Shown here: piece by piece, positions 1 through 8,442 of the stretch | Layout: the number at the start of each line of letters is the position of its first letter | How positions within the stretch are numbered: the first letter of the stretch is position 1 | Assembly (NCBI GenBank): GCA_964445405.1 | Contig: CAYUKX010000003.1 | Span: 4,907-43,090, forward strand | Length of the DNA stretch: 38,184 nucleotides | Direction: 5' to 3' | From: an uncultured Candidatus Saccharibacteria bacterium | Lineage (GTDB): Bacteria; Patescibacteriota; Dojkabacteria; J137 | Made by a program: the position numbers and the translations under genes | Notes under the pieces: generated by a model | Database searches by the model: none | The model's input: the letters and a program-made list of their open reading frames with translations, nothing else | What the model was told of the DNA's origin: nothing

Positions 1-1056
1 GTACAGTATATCTACCTTAACAATAGATTCATCACAAACAAAACTATAAACGCAGCTATACAAGAAGGTTACTCTGGCTTTGTTAACAGAGAACTAAAGC
101 CAACTTACTTCCTTTTTCTTTATATTAACCCTTCCGAAGTTGATGTAAATGTACACCCTAGAAAGCTCGAAGTTAAATTTAGTAAGTCAGATGAAATATT
201 CAGGAGCGTGCTTGCACTCACAAAAAAGACTCTAGAAAAGAACACCCGAAATATTATTAATAACAATTTCGATAGTGTTGTTCCAGCTAACCGTGTGCAC
301 GATACAGTTCACTTTAAAAACGAAGACATAAAGCCACTTAGAACTCCATTTACAAGCGGAGGCAGTAGCAGCACATATTCAGTTCCAAAAAGGACTATGC
401 CAAGTCAATTATTGGATTTTAGCAGTGAGCTCTCCAATCAAAAAGACGACGATCAAAGCACCTACTACAAACCTTATCAAATATTTAACACATACATTGT
501 ATTAGAAAAAGGGGACAAACTTTTATTCGTTGACCAGCATGCTGCAGCAGAAAAAATTGCATTCGAAAGGCTAGTTAACAATATTGGCAAGCTAAATCGA
601 AAAATGCTTTTAGTCCCTGAAGTTATAGATCTTAAACCCGAAGACAAAAAACATGTACTTGAAAACAAGAATCTTCTAGAAGACATTGGTTTTATAATCG
701 AAGATATTGGGTTTGACTCAATACAAGTAATAGAAGTGCCTGAACTTGTTAATAAGTTTGAGACTAAACACTATATCGACTCGATTATTAACCCCGAAAC
801 TGATATTTATAATAACTTTGACCAATTCGAAACATACAACGGAATAAAGCTAACTAGGGACATATACCTACTAATTGCCACGGCAGCTTGCCATTCAAGC
901 GTCAGGGCGGGGCAAAAACTCACCGAAAGCGAAATGCTCAACATACTTAAAGACTTAAACTTACTTTACAACCCCTATAACTGCCCGCATGGAAGACCAG
1001 TAATATGGGAATTATCAAAATACGATGTTGAAAAAAGTTTTAGAAGAAAGATATAA
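1..1056 (+). CDS. mutL: DNA mismatch repair protein MutL, C-terminal part (5' end lies outside the window)
   Basis: Frame 1 is open from base 1. The translation upstream of the GTG at 208 reads ...NPSEVDVNVHPRKLEVKFSKSDEIF, a MutL transducer-domain signature. The C-terminal domain carries the endonuclease motif DQHAAAEKIAFE (DQHAxxExxxxE), plus ACHSSVRAG and CPHGRP. Confidence 0.9.
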   Translation, partial: VQYIYLNNRFITNKTINAAIQEGYSGFVNRELKPTYFLFLYINPSEVDVNVHPRKLEVKFSKSDEIFRSVLALTKKTLEKNTRNIINNNFDSVVPANRVHDTVHFKNEDIKPLRTPFTSGGSSSTYSVPKRTMPSQLLDFSSELSNQKDDDQSTYYKPYQIFNTYIVLEKGDKLLFVDQHAAAEKIAFERLVNNIGKLNRKMLLVPEVIDLKPEDKKHVLENKNLLEDIGFIIEDIGFDSIQVIEVPELVNKFETKHYIDSIINPETDIYNNFDQFETYNGIKLTRDIYLLIATAACHSSVRAGQKLTESEMLNILKDLNLLYNPYNCPHGRPVIWELSKYDVEKSFRRKI

Positions 1057-1531
1057 ATCAATACTCGCAATCATTATAACTATCGCAACTATAGTACTAT
1101 TAATATCCAATACAGTTTTCAACACTGCAAATAATCAAGAAAGCACCTATTCAATTAATGATAATTCAACATTAATTCTTACCCATATCCCTAGTGGCAG
1201 CACACTATCTCTGGAAGTTGCCTCCACACCTCAGAAAAGAGAATCAGGATTAATGTTTAGAAAAGAGTTAGAAAAAGATTCGGGAATGCTTTTCATATTC
1301 AGCACAGAATCAGACCTTTCGTTCTGGATGAGGAACACGTCAATATCACTTGACATGATTTTTCTTGATAAAGACTTAAAAGTGACATCAATTGAGAGTA
1401 ACACAAAAATTCTACAAACTTCTGAAATATACAAATCGAAAGCGCCTTCTCAGTTCGTAATTGAAGTCCTTGCTGGATGGGCTTTTGAGCACAAGTACAA
1501 GAAGGCGATTTATTCGAAATATCGAGTATAA
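1025..1531 (+). CDS. DUF192-family protein with an N-terminal membrane anchor
   Basis: ATG at 1025 overlaps the mutL 3' end by 32 nt. There is an N-terminal hydrophobic helix. DUF192-like motifs are present: GLMFRKEL...GMLFIF...FWMRNTSISLDMIFLD. Confidence 0.7.
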   Translation: MLKKVLEERYKSILAIIITIATIVLLISNTVFNTANNQESTYSINDNSTLILTHIPSGSTLSLEVASTPQKRESGLMFRKELEKDSGMLFIFSTESDLSFWMRNTSISLDMIFLDKDLKVTSIESNTKILQTSEIYKSKAPSQFVIEVLAGWAFEHKYKKAIYSKYRV

Positions 1532-1594
1532 AATAGTTACTCAAAATCCGTATAGAATAAACGCTTACTAGTTAATAATATTATTAAAAATGTA

Positions 1595-1623
1595 TTGACA
1601 AACTTAAAATTAACTTTTAGAAT
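1595..1623 (+). promoter_or_regulatory. sigma70-like promoter, TTGACA-17 nt-TAGAAT
   Basis: Perfect -35 TTGACA (1595-1600), a 17-nt spacer and TAGAAT (1618-1623). It lies about 220 nt upstream of the clpP ATG. Confidence 0.45.
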
Positions 1624-1687
1624 AATAAAGAATTTAATCAATAAAAGATTAGAGCAGTAAAAATAGTTAAAAGTGCAAACTGAGATT

Positions 1688-1701
1688 TCCCCGAAAGGGG
1701 A
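1688..1701 (+). other. GC-rich hairpin with a GAAA tetraloop (TCCCC-GAAA-GGGGA)
   Basis: Read directly from the sequence. It is embedded in three GATTTC direct repeats starting at 1684, 1700 and 1716. Confidence 0.5.
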
Positions 1702-1776
1702 TTTCCAGTATTTAGGATTTCAATTTGTATAACAGAACTAATTTATACAAACTCCACGCCCCAGACTTCTACAAAG

Positions 1777-1785
1777 TGATATAAT
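1777..1785 (+). promoter_or_regulatory. Extended -10 promoter TGaTATAAT, proximal clpP promoter
   Basis: TG at 1777-1778, one nt, then TATAAT at 1780-1785. It lies 57 nt upstream of the clpP ATG. Confidence 0.45.
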
Positions 1786-1841
1786 AAATAATATAACCTT
1801 GATAAAGATATTAATTAATAGATAGATATTACACATATAAT

Positions 1842-2432
1842 ATGAGTTATTTAATTCCTACAGTAATAGAGAAAACCCGAGATGGAGAGAGATCTTACGA
1901 TATTTACTCCAGATTATTAAAAGATAGAATTATTTTTCTAGGTAGCTCCATCAATGACGATGTGGCGAACGCTGTGGTGGCGCAGTTGCTATTCTTAGAA
2001 AAAGAAGACTCCGAAAAGGATATAAAAATCTATATCAACAGCCCTGGAGGCAGCGTATACGCAGGTCTTGCAATAATCGACACCATGAATGCTATAAAAC
2101 CAGATGTAGCAACAATTGCAGTAGGTTCTGCAGCTTCAATGGGCACTATGATCCTTTCAGCTGGTAAAAAAGGCAAAAGATTTGCATTAAAGAATTCAAC
2201 TATACACATTCATCAACCGCTAGGTGGGGCAGAGGGACAAGCAAGCGACATTGCTATAAGCGCAAAGGAAATACTTAGAATAAAAGACTTATTAAGAGAT
2301 ATGCTTATAGAAGCTACTGGAAAATCCGAAGAAAAAATCGAAAAAGATATGGATAGAGATTATTTTCTAACTGCAAAAGATGCAGTAGAATATGGTTTGA
2401 TAGATAAAATAATCGAAAAACAATCTATTTAA
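1842..2432 (+). CDS. clpP: ATP-dependent Clp protease proteolytic subunit
   Basis: N-terminus [30 protein letters not shown]. Catalytic context GSAASMG (Ser), IHQP (His) and a C-terminal Asp. Typical length of 196 aa. Confidence 0.95.
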   Translation: MSYLIPTVIEKTRDGERSYDIYSRLLKDRIIFLGSSINDDVANAVVAQLLFLEKEDSEKDIKIYINSPGGSVYAGLAIIDTMNAIKPDVATIAVGSAASMGTMILSAGKKGKRFALKNSTIHIHQPLGGAEGQASDIAISAKEILRIKDLLRDMLIEATGKSEEKIEKDMDRDYFLTAKDAVEYGLIDKIIEKQSI

Positions 2433-2468
2433 TTATTGAACACAAGTGTGTTTCACCACACTTACTTA

Positions 2469-2542
2469 GGGCATTTAGCTCAACTGGTTAGAGCACCTCG
2501 TTGACGTCGAGGAGGTTATAGGTTCGATCCCTATAGTGCCCA
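2469..2542 (+). tRNA. tRNA-Val (anticodon GAC), CCA not encoded
   Basis: Manual cloverleaf: acceptor GGGCATT/AGTGCCC, D arm GCTC/GAGC, anticodon stem CCTCG/CGAGG with loop TTGACGT, T arm ATAGG-TTCGATC-CCTAT, discriminator A. Confidence 0.9.
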
Positions 2543-2559
2543 TTTATTAACTAATAAAT

Positions 2560-4083
2560 ATGACAAGCAAAGTTTCAGATGCACAAAAACACTCAGCAGC
2601 ACATGTTTTAGCAATGGCAGTATGCAGAGTTTATAACAACGTAAAAATTGGAGTTGGCCCAGTCACTAAAGATGGCTTTTACTACGATTTTGACTTAGAT
2701 GAATCATTAGATCATGATGACCTAACAAAAATAGAAGGAGAAATGAATAAGATTATTCAAAGCAATCTAAGATTTCAACAAGTATTTCTACAAAGAGATC
2801 AGGCTATAAACCTTTTACTACAAAGAGGCCAAATTTATAAAGCTGAGCTAATTAGAGGTTTACCAGACCAGGAAATTAGCTTCTTCAAAACTGGAGAAGA
2901 GTTTGTAGATTTATGCAGAGGTCCACATGTGTCTTCAACAAACCAAATCGGAGTTATCTCCCTTACAAAAACTGAAAAGACTCACTGGAATGATGACCCA
3001 ACAAGACCCGCTATGGTAAGAATTTTCGGAAAAGCTTTTAGATCCTTAGATGATTTAATGGAGTACAAAAAGCTTCAAGAGGATTTAAAGGAAAAGAACT
3101 TTGAGAACTTAAGTAAAAAGTACCATTATGGAATAACTGACAAAGAGAACGAGATAATGTACACAGAGCGTGGAACAGCTATCTACAGGAAAATTGAGAA
3201 GATTTTCGATAAGAATTTTAACGGTTCAGAGTTTAAAGAAATTGCACTGACTAAGTCATACAGCAACGAATTAGAATTAGATTCATCATTTAACTCAATT
3301 GTTAAATTTGATAATTCCAGCTACAGAGATTTTCCATATAAATACATTCTTAAAGCAAACATTAATTCACTTAGTTTTTCCAAGGGTATTAAAAAGGTAG
3401 GTTTACAATCTTTTAGGTACTTGAACAGAAATTCAGACTTTGCACAGGGATTTGGTGATCAATTCGAAAACCTACTTAAGGCCTTTAAAGCTCTAAACAT
3501 TGACTTTTCAGCAGATATTTATGCCTCTGATTTTGAAGATTCTTATGCAAAACAAATTTCTAGTTTTCTTCAAAGGAAGATAATTTCACATAATAAAGTT
3601 ATTAAAAACACTAAGGACACTTACTTATTTATAAAAGTAAACGACATCTACGAAAAAGAGTGGGTTTTAGCCGATTTAAAGCTACACGAATTAGATGGTA
3701 AGCAAATAATTTCAACATCATTTAACATTTACCTAACCGAAGTTTGGAAGTACTTAATCGAAGGCAACGAAGGAGTAATGCCTGATTATCTAAGTCCAGT
3801 TGATGTTGTATGCATTCCAATAAGTAAAAACTACTATGAGTATGGTAGTAAAATTGTTGATTTACTAAATAAAGAGGGGTTTAGCGCAACTTTAAATAGT
3901 CGAGCCAAGAGTCTGAATCGAAAAATTAGAGACTCCGAGAAATTAAAAATTCCTTTTCAACTAATAGTTGGGCAAAAGGAAGAGGCTAGTTCATCGGTAT
4001 CTTTAAGAGAAAATGGCAAGGACTCAGGGCTAATAAGCATAGATTCACTTATTGCCAAAATTAACCAAACTTTAAGAAGATAA
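2560..4083 (+). CDS. thrS: Threonyl-tRNA synthetase-like protein. Editing (SAD) and anticodon-binding domains are retained, there is no TGS domain, and the class II catalytic motifs are not recognisable.
   Basis: Editing-site signatures HSAAH and DLCRGPH are present. The C-terminus PDYLSPVDVVCIP...SLNRKIRDSEKLKIPFQLIVGQKE resembles the ThrRS anticodon-binding domain. Synteny is with infC-rpmI-rplT. The central region lacks RDHRK, CPGH, HRNE...RVRGFTQDDAH and GSMERF equivalents. Confidence 0.75.
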   Translation: MTSKVSDAQKHSAAHVLAMAVCRVYNNVKIGVGPVTKDGFYYDFDLDESLDHDDLTKIEGEMNKIIQSNLRFQQVFLQRDQAINLLLQRGQIYKAELIRGLPDQEISFFKTGEEFVDLCRGPHVSSTNQIGVISLTKTEKTHWNDDPTRPAMVRIFGKAFRSLDDLMEYKKLQEDLKEKNFENLSKKYHYGITDKENEIMYTERGTAIYRKIEKIFDKNFNGSEFKEIALTKSYSNELELDSSFNSIVKFDNSSYRDFPYKYILKANINSLSFSKGIKKVGLQSFRYLNRNSDFAQGFGDQFENLLKAFKALNIDFSADIYASDFEDSYAKQISSFLQRKIISHNKVIKNTKDTYLFIKVNDIYEKEWVLADLKLHELDGKQIISTSFNIYLTEVWKYLIEGNEGVMPDYLSPVDVVCIPISKNYYEYGSKIVDLLNKEGFSATLNSRAKSLNRKIRDSEKLKIPFQLIVGQKEEASSSVSLRENGKDSGLISIDSLIAKINQTLRR

Positions 4084-4095
4084 CGATATTCCCAT

Positions 4096-4123
4096 TGTAT
4101 AATGCGAAAATATTTGCTATTAT
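4096..4123 (+). promoter_or_regulatory. Two candidate -10 elements upstream of infC (TGTATAAT 4096-4103; TGcTATTAT 4115-4123)
   Basis: Read from the sequence. The same octamer and nonamer types recur upstream of other operons in this window. Confidence 0.35.
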
Positions 4124-4174
4124 TTTCAAGCCAATTTATTGGTTTTAAAGTAAATTTTTAGATTAAATTCTATA

Positions 4175-4705
4175 ATTAAGAGAAAGAAAAATCCTAAGAA
4201 AGTAGTAAAAGTTACTAATTTCTACGATTATAACGAAAGTATTAGAATCCCAAGCATGGTCGTAATTGATGCTGAGGGAACTAATCTAGGTGTTCTTACA
4301 AAATTTGATGCACTTAATTTAGCAAGAGAAACTGAACTAGATTTAGTTCTTGTATCTCCTAATGCAAAACCTCCAGTTGCAAGAATAGTAGATTATTCAA
4401 AGCTGAAATACGAAAGAAGTAAAAAAGCTAAGAAATCTCAAAGTAAACAACTAGAAAATAAGGAGTGGTGGTTTAGCCCAACAATCAGCGAAAGAGATAT
4501 TCAAATAAAGCTTGAAAAAGCTAAAGACTTCTTAGCAAAAGGTGGGAACGCTAAATTGACTGTCAAATGGAAAAGAAAAGCATTGCCTGAACAATTAAAG
4601 GCAGTTATGGATAAAATATTAATACAAATTGCTGACTTTGCTAAACCCGTTTCAGAGGTTTCTAAAGAAGGAAGGAATTTAAGCATTTTAGTTAAACAAA
4701 AGTAA
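4175..4705 (+). CDS. infC: Translation initiation factor IF-3, probable non-AUG (ATT/ATA) start
   Basis: The frame is open back to 4154. The conserved N-terminal ...YNESIRIPSMVVIDAEGTNLGV lies upstream of the first ATG (4256). In-frame ATA is at 4172 and ATT at 4175. The C-terminal domain is typical of IF-3. Confidence 0.85.
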   Translation: MKRKKNPKKVVKVTNFYDYNESIRIPSMVVIDAEGTNLGVLTKFDALNLARETELDLVLVSPNAKPPVARIVDYSKLKYERSKKAKKSQSKQLENKEWWFSPTISERDIQIKLEKAKDFLAKGGNAKLTVKWKRKALPEQLKAVMDKILIQIADFAKPVSEVSKEGRNLSILVKQK

Positions 4706-4709
4706 TACA

Positions 4710-4919
4710 ATGAAAAAGTACAAATTAAAAACACATAAAGGAACTGCAAAAAGATTCAAGATTACTGCAAACGGTAAAGTAATAAGAAAAAAATTACAGA
4801 ATAGAAATAACTCTCATATGGTAAATATGAGAAAGAATGCTAGAAAAGCAATTCCTGAATCATTTGTAATAACTTCAAAAGCTAATGTTAGAAAAATTAA
4901 AAAATTATTAGGTAAATAA
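4710..4919 (+). CDS. rpmI: 50S ribosomal protein L35
   Basis: MKKYKLKTHKGTAKRFKITANGKV... 69 aa, between infC and rplT. Confidence 0.92.
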   Translation: MKKYKLKTHKGTAKRFKITANGKVIRKKLQNRNNSHMVNMRKNARKAIPESFVITSKANVRKIKKLLGK

Positions 4920-4921
4920 AT

Positions 4922-5266
4922 ATGAGAATAAAAAGAGGAGAGGCAAAAAGAGCTAGAAAGAAGTCAGTACTAAAGCAAGCAAAAGGCTTTAGAATGAGTT
5001 ACCACAAGCTTTATAGAAGAGCAAAGGAAGCTTTATTACACTCAGGTCAATATAGCTATGCTCATAGAAGAAGAAGAAAGAGTCAAATTAGAACAGAATG
5101 GATTAGAATTATTTCTGCTAGTTTAGTTAATACAGATTTAAGCTACAGCAAATTCATGAATGCTTTAACAACTAAGAATATAAACTTAGATAGAAAAGTT
5201 TTAGCAGAGATGGCAGTTAACAGCCCTGAACAGTTTGCAAAGATTGTAGAAGCAGCTAAGGCTTAA
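4922..5266 (+). CDS. rplT: 50S ribosomal protein L20
   Basis: MRIKRGEAKRARKKSVLKQAKGFRMSYHKLYRRAKEAL... 114 aa. Confidence 0.95.
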   Translation: MRIKRGEAKRARKKSVLKQAKGFRMSYHKLYRRAKEALLHSGQYSYAHRRRRKSQIRTEWIRIISASLVNTDLSYSKFMNALTTKNINLDRKVLAEMAVNSPEQFAKIVEAAKA

Positions 5267-5290
5267 ATTTAGCCCTATAAAACAACTTAG

Positions 5291-5317
5291 TCCCACCCAA
5301 AAGGTGGGATTTTTTTT
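5291..5317 (+). terminator. Rho-independent terminator of the infC-rpmI-rplT operon
   Basis: Stem TCCCACC / GGTGGGA with loop CAAAA, followed by a T run. Confidence 0.8.
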
Positions 5318-5323
5318 GCACTA

Positions 5324-5344
5324 AAAACTCCCCTTTTGGGGAGC
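5324..5344 (-). terminator. Rho-independent terminator of the PBP gene (minus strand)
   Basis: The plus strand reads AAAAA-CTCCCC-TTTT-GGGGAG. On the minus strand this is a hairpin followed by a T run, 29 nt after the PBP stop. Confidence 0.6.
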
Positions 5345-5372
5345 TCTAGTAATAATTAATCTTACCTTTATT

Positions 5373-8300
5373 TTATAGAGTAAGGTTTTCAGTTACAGAG
5401 GTAATTGAGCCTAATCCATTAGCTGTATTAGCCTTTATGTAAACAGAGTAGTCACCATCGCCAGCAGCACTATACGACCAACTTGAACCATTCGCAGGAG
5501 TAAGGCTACTACAAACTTCTGCAGCGCTATCTTTACTTACACATATTTGTGCAGCAGATAAACTTCCTCCGCTGTAGTTAATATTAATAACATTCAATAG
5601 ATTATTACCCGTTATACTGAATTTACTTGAAAGACCATTTCCAGGGGTAACGGTCATATTAGTTGGTGCTAATGTATTTTCAGAAGCGAACTCACTATCT
5701 TTTGCCCTTGCTGAAAATTGATGAACACCATTATCAAACGATGAAATATCACAGTCAATATCAATATTATTAAAGCTAGTTATTGGGTCACAACTTAATA
5801 ATTCATTGTCTAAAAAGAAGTTAGCATATACTATTTCCCCTTCTAGAGTAACAATTTTACCCTTAACATTTAATGTATTTGCATCTGTAACCTGGGTACC
5901 CGATAGATCGAATAGAGGACCACTAGTTGAACCTCTTGGAATATCACATGCTTCTGTTGGACCACCATTTGGAACTCCATTTTTTTCCTTTACATATTTA
6001 TCAAGGAATCCTTGGTAATTTGCTACAACATTCTTGTAATAAATGAATTCTCTTTCTATTGATTTACCCAAAGCAATATCAACAGCTCTTGCAACTCTAT
6101 CTTGTTGATCAACACATACTATAACCTTTTTTCTTGTAAAGTCACCTTTAGCTGGCTCTCTTCCTTGAATTAACCAATCACTTGCAATACCTTGGCACTC
6201 ACCTTTATCGTTACAGTCGTTACTACCTCCGCCTTGATAAACGAATCCAGGTCTATTAAAGGAAGTTTTAGAAGTAAAGTAAGGGAATGAAGATACTTCG
6301 TTCATATAGTTTTTTACCCAAGGAATTATAATTATTCCTGGATATGCATTATTCGCATCCATTGGAATATTATTATTATTACCTCCCCAACCCAAAGTAA
6401 CAAAATCAGGTGACCATTCAACTAACCAGTTATCTCTATTATCTTCAGATGTACCAGTTTTCCCAGCTACATCTCTGTCATCCCAAGCGATTGTATTACC
6501 CAAAGTATCTAACTTGTATAAACTTTGATTAATTAGGTAAACAGCTTGTTGATCTCCTAATGCTTTTCTTTCTGGTTTTGCTTCGTATATAACTTTTCCA
6601 TCTTTATCAATTATTTTAAGGATTGGATCTAATTGAACCCAATCACCACCGTTTGCAAATACACTGAATGCTTGTGTATGCTCAACAGGTAGAACATCTG
6701 CACCTCCAAGAATTACTGATGGTCCATAGTCACCATTATAAGTAGAGTAGCCCCATTCCTGTGCAGTCTTAACAAAATTATCTACTCCGTCTAAATCAAT
6801 TACATGTAAAGCTGGTAGGTTTTTAGACTGTCTTAACATCTCTCTTGCAGATTGATGTGGTCCACTAAAGGAACTATTCCAGTTTTTAGGTTCGTAACTG
6901 CCTATTTGAATTGGAATATCTGGTAGTACACTACCTGGTGCCAATTTGCCTGACTTATATGCTAAGTAGTAGCCCATTACTTTATTTGTAGAGCCAGGAG
7001 ACTGTGAAGTTGTTAAAACGTTAACTTGAGGATTGAAAACGCAATTTTCAATATTTTCTGCGCATCCATCACCTTCATCATCGCCGTAAAAATTCTTAGA
7101 ACCAACCATTACTAGAATCTGCCCCGTAGAAGGCTGAGTTGTCATTAAAGCTGCATTATTCATACCGTAACCCTTATATGCATCTCCTGCCTCTCTTACA
7201 TATCTTTCTGCAATTTTCTGCATGTCATAATCTAAACTTGTATAGATTTTGTAACCGCCAGTTTGTAAATCATTTAAAGTAAATGGTTCTTCACCATTCT
7301 TATAGTTTCGTCTTAGTAATTGATCTGTTACATAATCAACAAAATGACCTGCTTTTTTGTCTGTAAACACTGGAGGTCTTAATGTTGCTTTCCAATCTTC
7401 ATTTCTTGCTTGTTCAATCATTTCTCGAGTTATTGGGTCTGGTGCATTTACATCGCCGTTATTCTTTTTTAACTGAGAATTAATTAAGTCAAGTTTGCTT
7501 TCCATTTGATCGTAAATGTAATCTAGTCTTTCCCCTAACTGTTCGTAAGCACTTTCCTGATCTAATAAACTAACAGTAGGCGATAGAGCAGAAGGATTCT
7601 GAACAATAGCTGCTAGAATTGCTGCTTGTGTTAAAGAAAGCTCTTTTGGTTCCTTACCACCTAAATCTGGATTTGCTGGATCTTTATAGAAGTAGAATTC
7701 TGATGCAGATTTTATACCAACAATATTTGAACCATAAGAAGTTACTCTCATGTACATTTCTAAGATTTGGTCTTTAGAATAACTATCTTCAACTCTAATT
7801 GCCATTAAAATTTCTCTAATTTTTCTATCTAGGGAAACGGAATTATCCTTGGTTGTTAACTTAATTAACTGTTGAGTAATAGTACTTGAGCCACAAAAGC
7901 CTCTTTTTGTAGCAACAATAAGAAAACATCTTACTAGACCTTGAGGATCATAACCATTGTGGTTAAAGAAGTTGTCATCTTCAGCGGCCAAAAAAGAGGC
8001 CTTAACAACTTCAGGAATATCTTCTAGGTTTACTTTATCTGAATTTTCTTCACCATAAAGTCTGTATAAAACGTTACCTGAATTGCCTTCTTCGAGTCCT
8101 TTTCTATCAAAGATTTCTGTGGCTAAATTTACATCTGGGAAAACTTTATCGGGACTAGGTAAGTTCTTACTTACATCTTGCAACATTGTTAATAGAACAA
8201 CAACTCCAACTACAACAGCTATAAAAAACATTCCAGCTAATACAAGCATTACTTTTTTAAAACGCTTGCCGAGCTTAATTCTTTTTGCAAGCCTTTGAGT

Positions 8301-8411
8301 ATTAACTTTGCGACCCTTATTTGCTTTAACAAGATCTAGCCTTGATTTAGGAGATTTATATTGAGATTTTGAATTCTTTTTATTGAGTTGCTTTATTGAA
8401 GTTTTTAACAT
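5373..8411 (-). CDS. Class A penicillin-binding protein (GT51 glycosyltransferase plus transpeptidase) with a C-terminal extension of about 300 aa
   Basis: GT51 motifs AAEDDNFFNHNGYD and STITQQLIK. Transpeptidase motifs SPGSTNK and KTGTSEDNRDNW. One N-terminal TM helix. The ORF track starts at TTG 8432. I prefer ATG 8411 because a TGTATAAT -10 at 8442-8435 would place the transcription start downstream of the TTG. Confidence 0.88.
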   Translation of the reverse strand: MLKTSIKQLNKKNSKSQYKSPKSRLDLVKANKGRKVNTQRLAKRIKLGKRFKKVMLVLAGMFFIAVVVGVVVLLTMLQDVSKNLPSPDKVFPDVNLATEIFDRKGLEEGNSGNVLYRLYGEENSDKVNLEDIPEVVKASFLAAEDDNFFNHNGYDPQGLVRCFLIVATKRGFCGSSTITQQLIKLTTKDNSVSLDRKIREILMAIRVEDSYSKDQILEMYMRVTSYGSNIVGIKSASEFYFYKDPANPDLGGKEPKELSLTQAAILAAIVQNPSALSPTVSLLDQESAYEQLGERLDYIYDQMESKLDLINSQLKKNNGDVNAPDPITREMIEQARNEDWKATLRPPVFTDKKAGHFVDYVTDQLLRRNYKNGEEPFTLNDLQTGGYKIYTSLDYDMQKIAERYVREAGDAYKGYGMNNAALMTTQPSTGQILVMVGSKNFYGDDEGDGCAENIENCVFNPQVNVLTTSQSPGSTNKVMGYYLAYKSGKLAPGSVLPDIPIQIGSYEPKNWNSSFSGPHQSAREMLRQSKNLPALHVIDLDGVDNFVKTAQEWGYSTYNGDYGPSVILGGADVLPVEHTQAFSVFANGGDWVQLDPILKIIDKDGKVIYEAKPERKALGDQQAVYLINQSLYKLDTLGNTIAWDDRDVAGKTGTSEDNRDNWLVEWSPDFVTLGWGGNNNNIPMDANNAYPGIIIIPWVKNYMNEVSSFPYFTSKTSFNRPGFVYQGGGSNDCNDKGECQGIASDWLIQGREPAKGDFTRKKVIVCVDQQDRVARAVDIALGKSIEREFIYYKNVVANYQGFLDKYVKEKNGVPNGGPTEACDIPRGSTSGPLFDLSGTQVTDANTLNVKGKIVTLEGEIVYANFFLDNELLSCDPITSFNNIDIDCDISSFDNGVHQFSARAKDSEFASENTLAPTNMTVTPGNGLSSKFSITGNNLLNVININYSGGSLSAAQICVSKDSAAEVCSSLTPANGSSWSYSAAGDGDYSVYIKANTANGLGSITSVTENLTL

Positions 8412-8434
8412 AATTCGTGTTCTAATTTTCAAAA

Positions 8435-8442
8435 ATTATACA
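8435..8442 (-). promoter_or_regulatory. TGTATAAT -10 element for the PBP gene
   Basis: The plus strand reads ATTATACA at 8435-8442, about 24 nt upstream of ATG 8411. Confidence 0.4.

Noticed and set aside
1649-1679. A CIRCE (HrcA operator)-like element upstream of clpP: TTAGAGCAG...AAGTGCAAA.
   Set aside because: The left half matches only about 5/9 positions, the spacer is 13 nt rather than 9, and the halves are not reverse complements.
2444-2463. A hairpin (AAGTGTG-TTTCAC-CACACTT) between clpP and tRNA-Val, considered as a clpP terminator.
   Set aside because: No T run follows it and the tRNA starts 6 nt later. It is more likely a processing-related or incidental structure, so I did not list it as a terminator.
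8412-8432. The TTG start at 8432 for the PBP gene.
   Set aside because: The best -10 element (TGTATAAT, 8442-8435) would start transcription downstream of this TTG. ATG 8411 is in frame and still precedes the basic cytoplasmic tail and TM helix. The choice remains uncertain.
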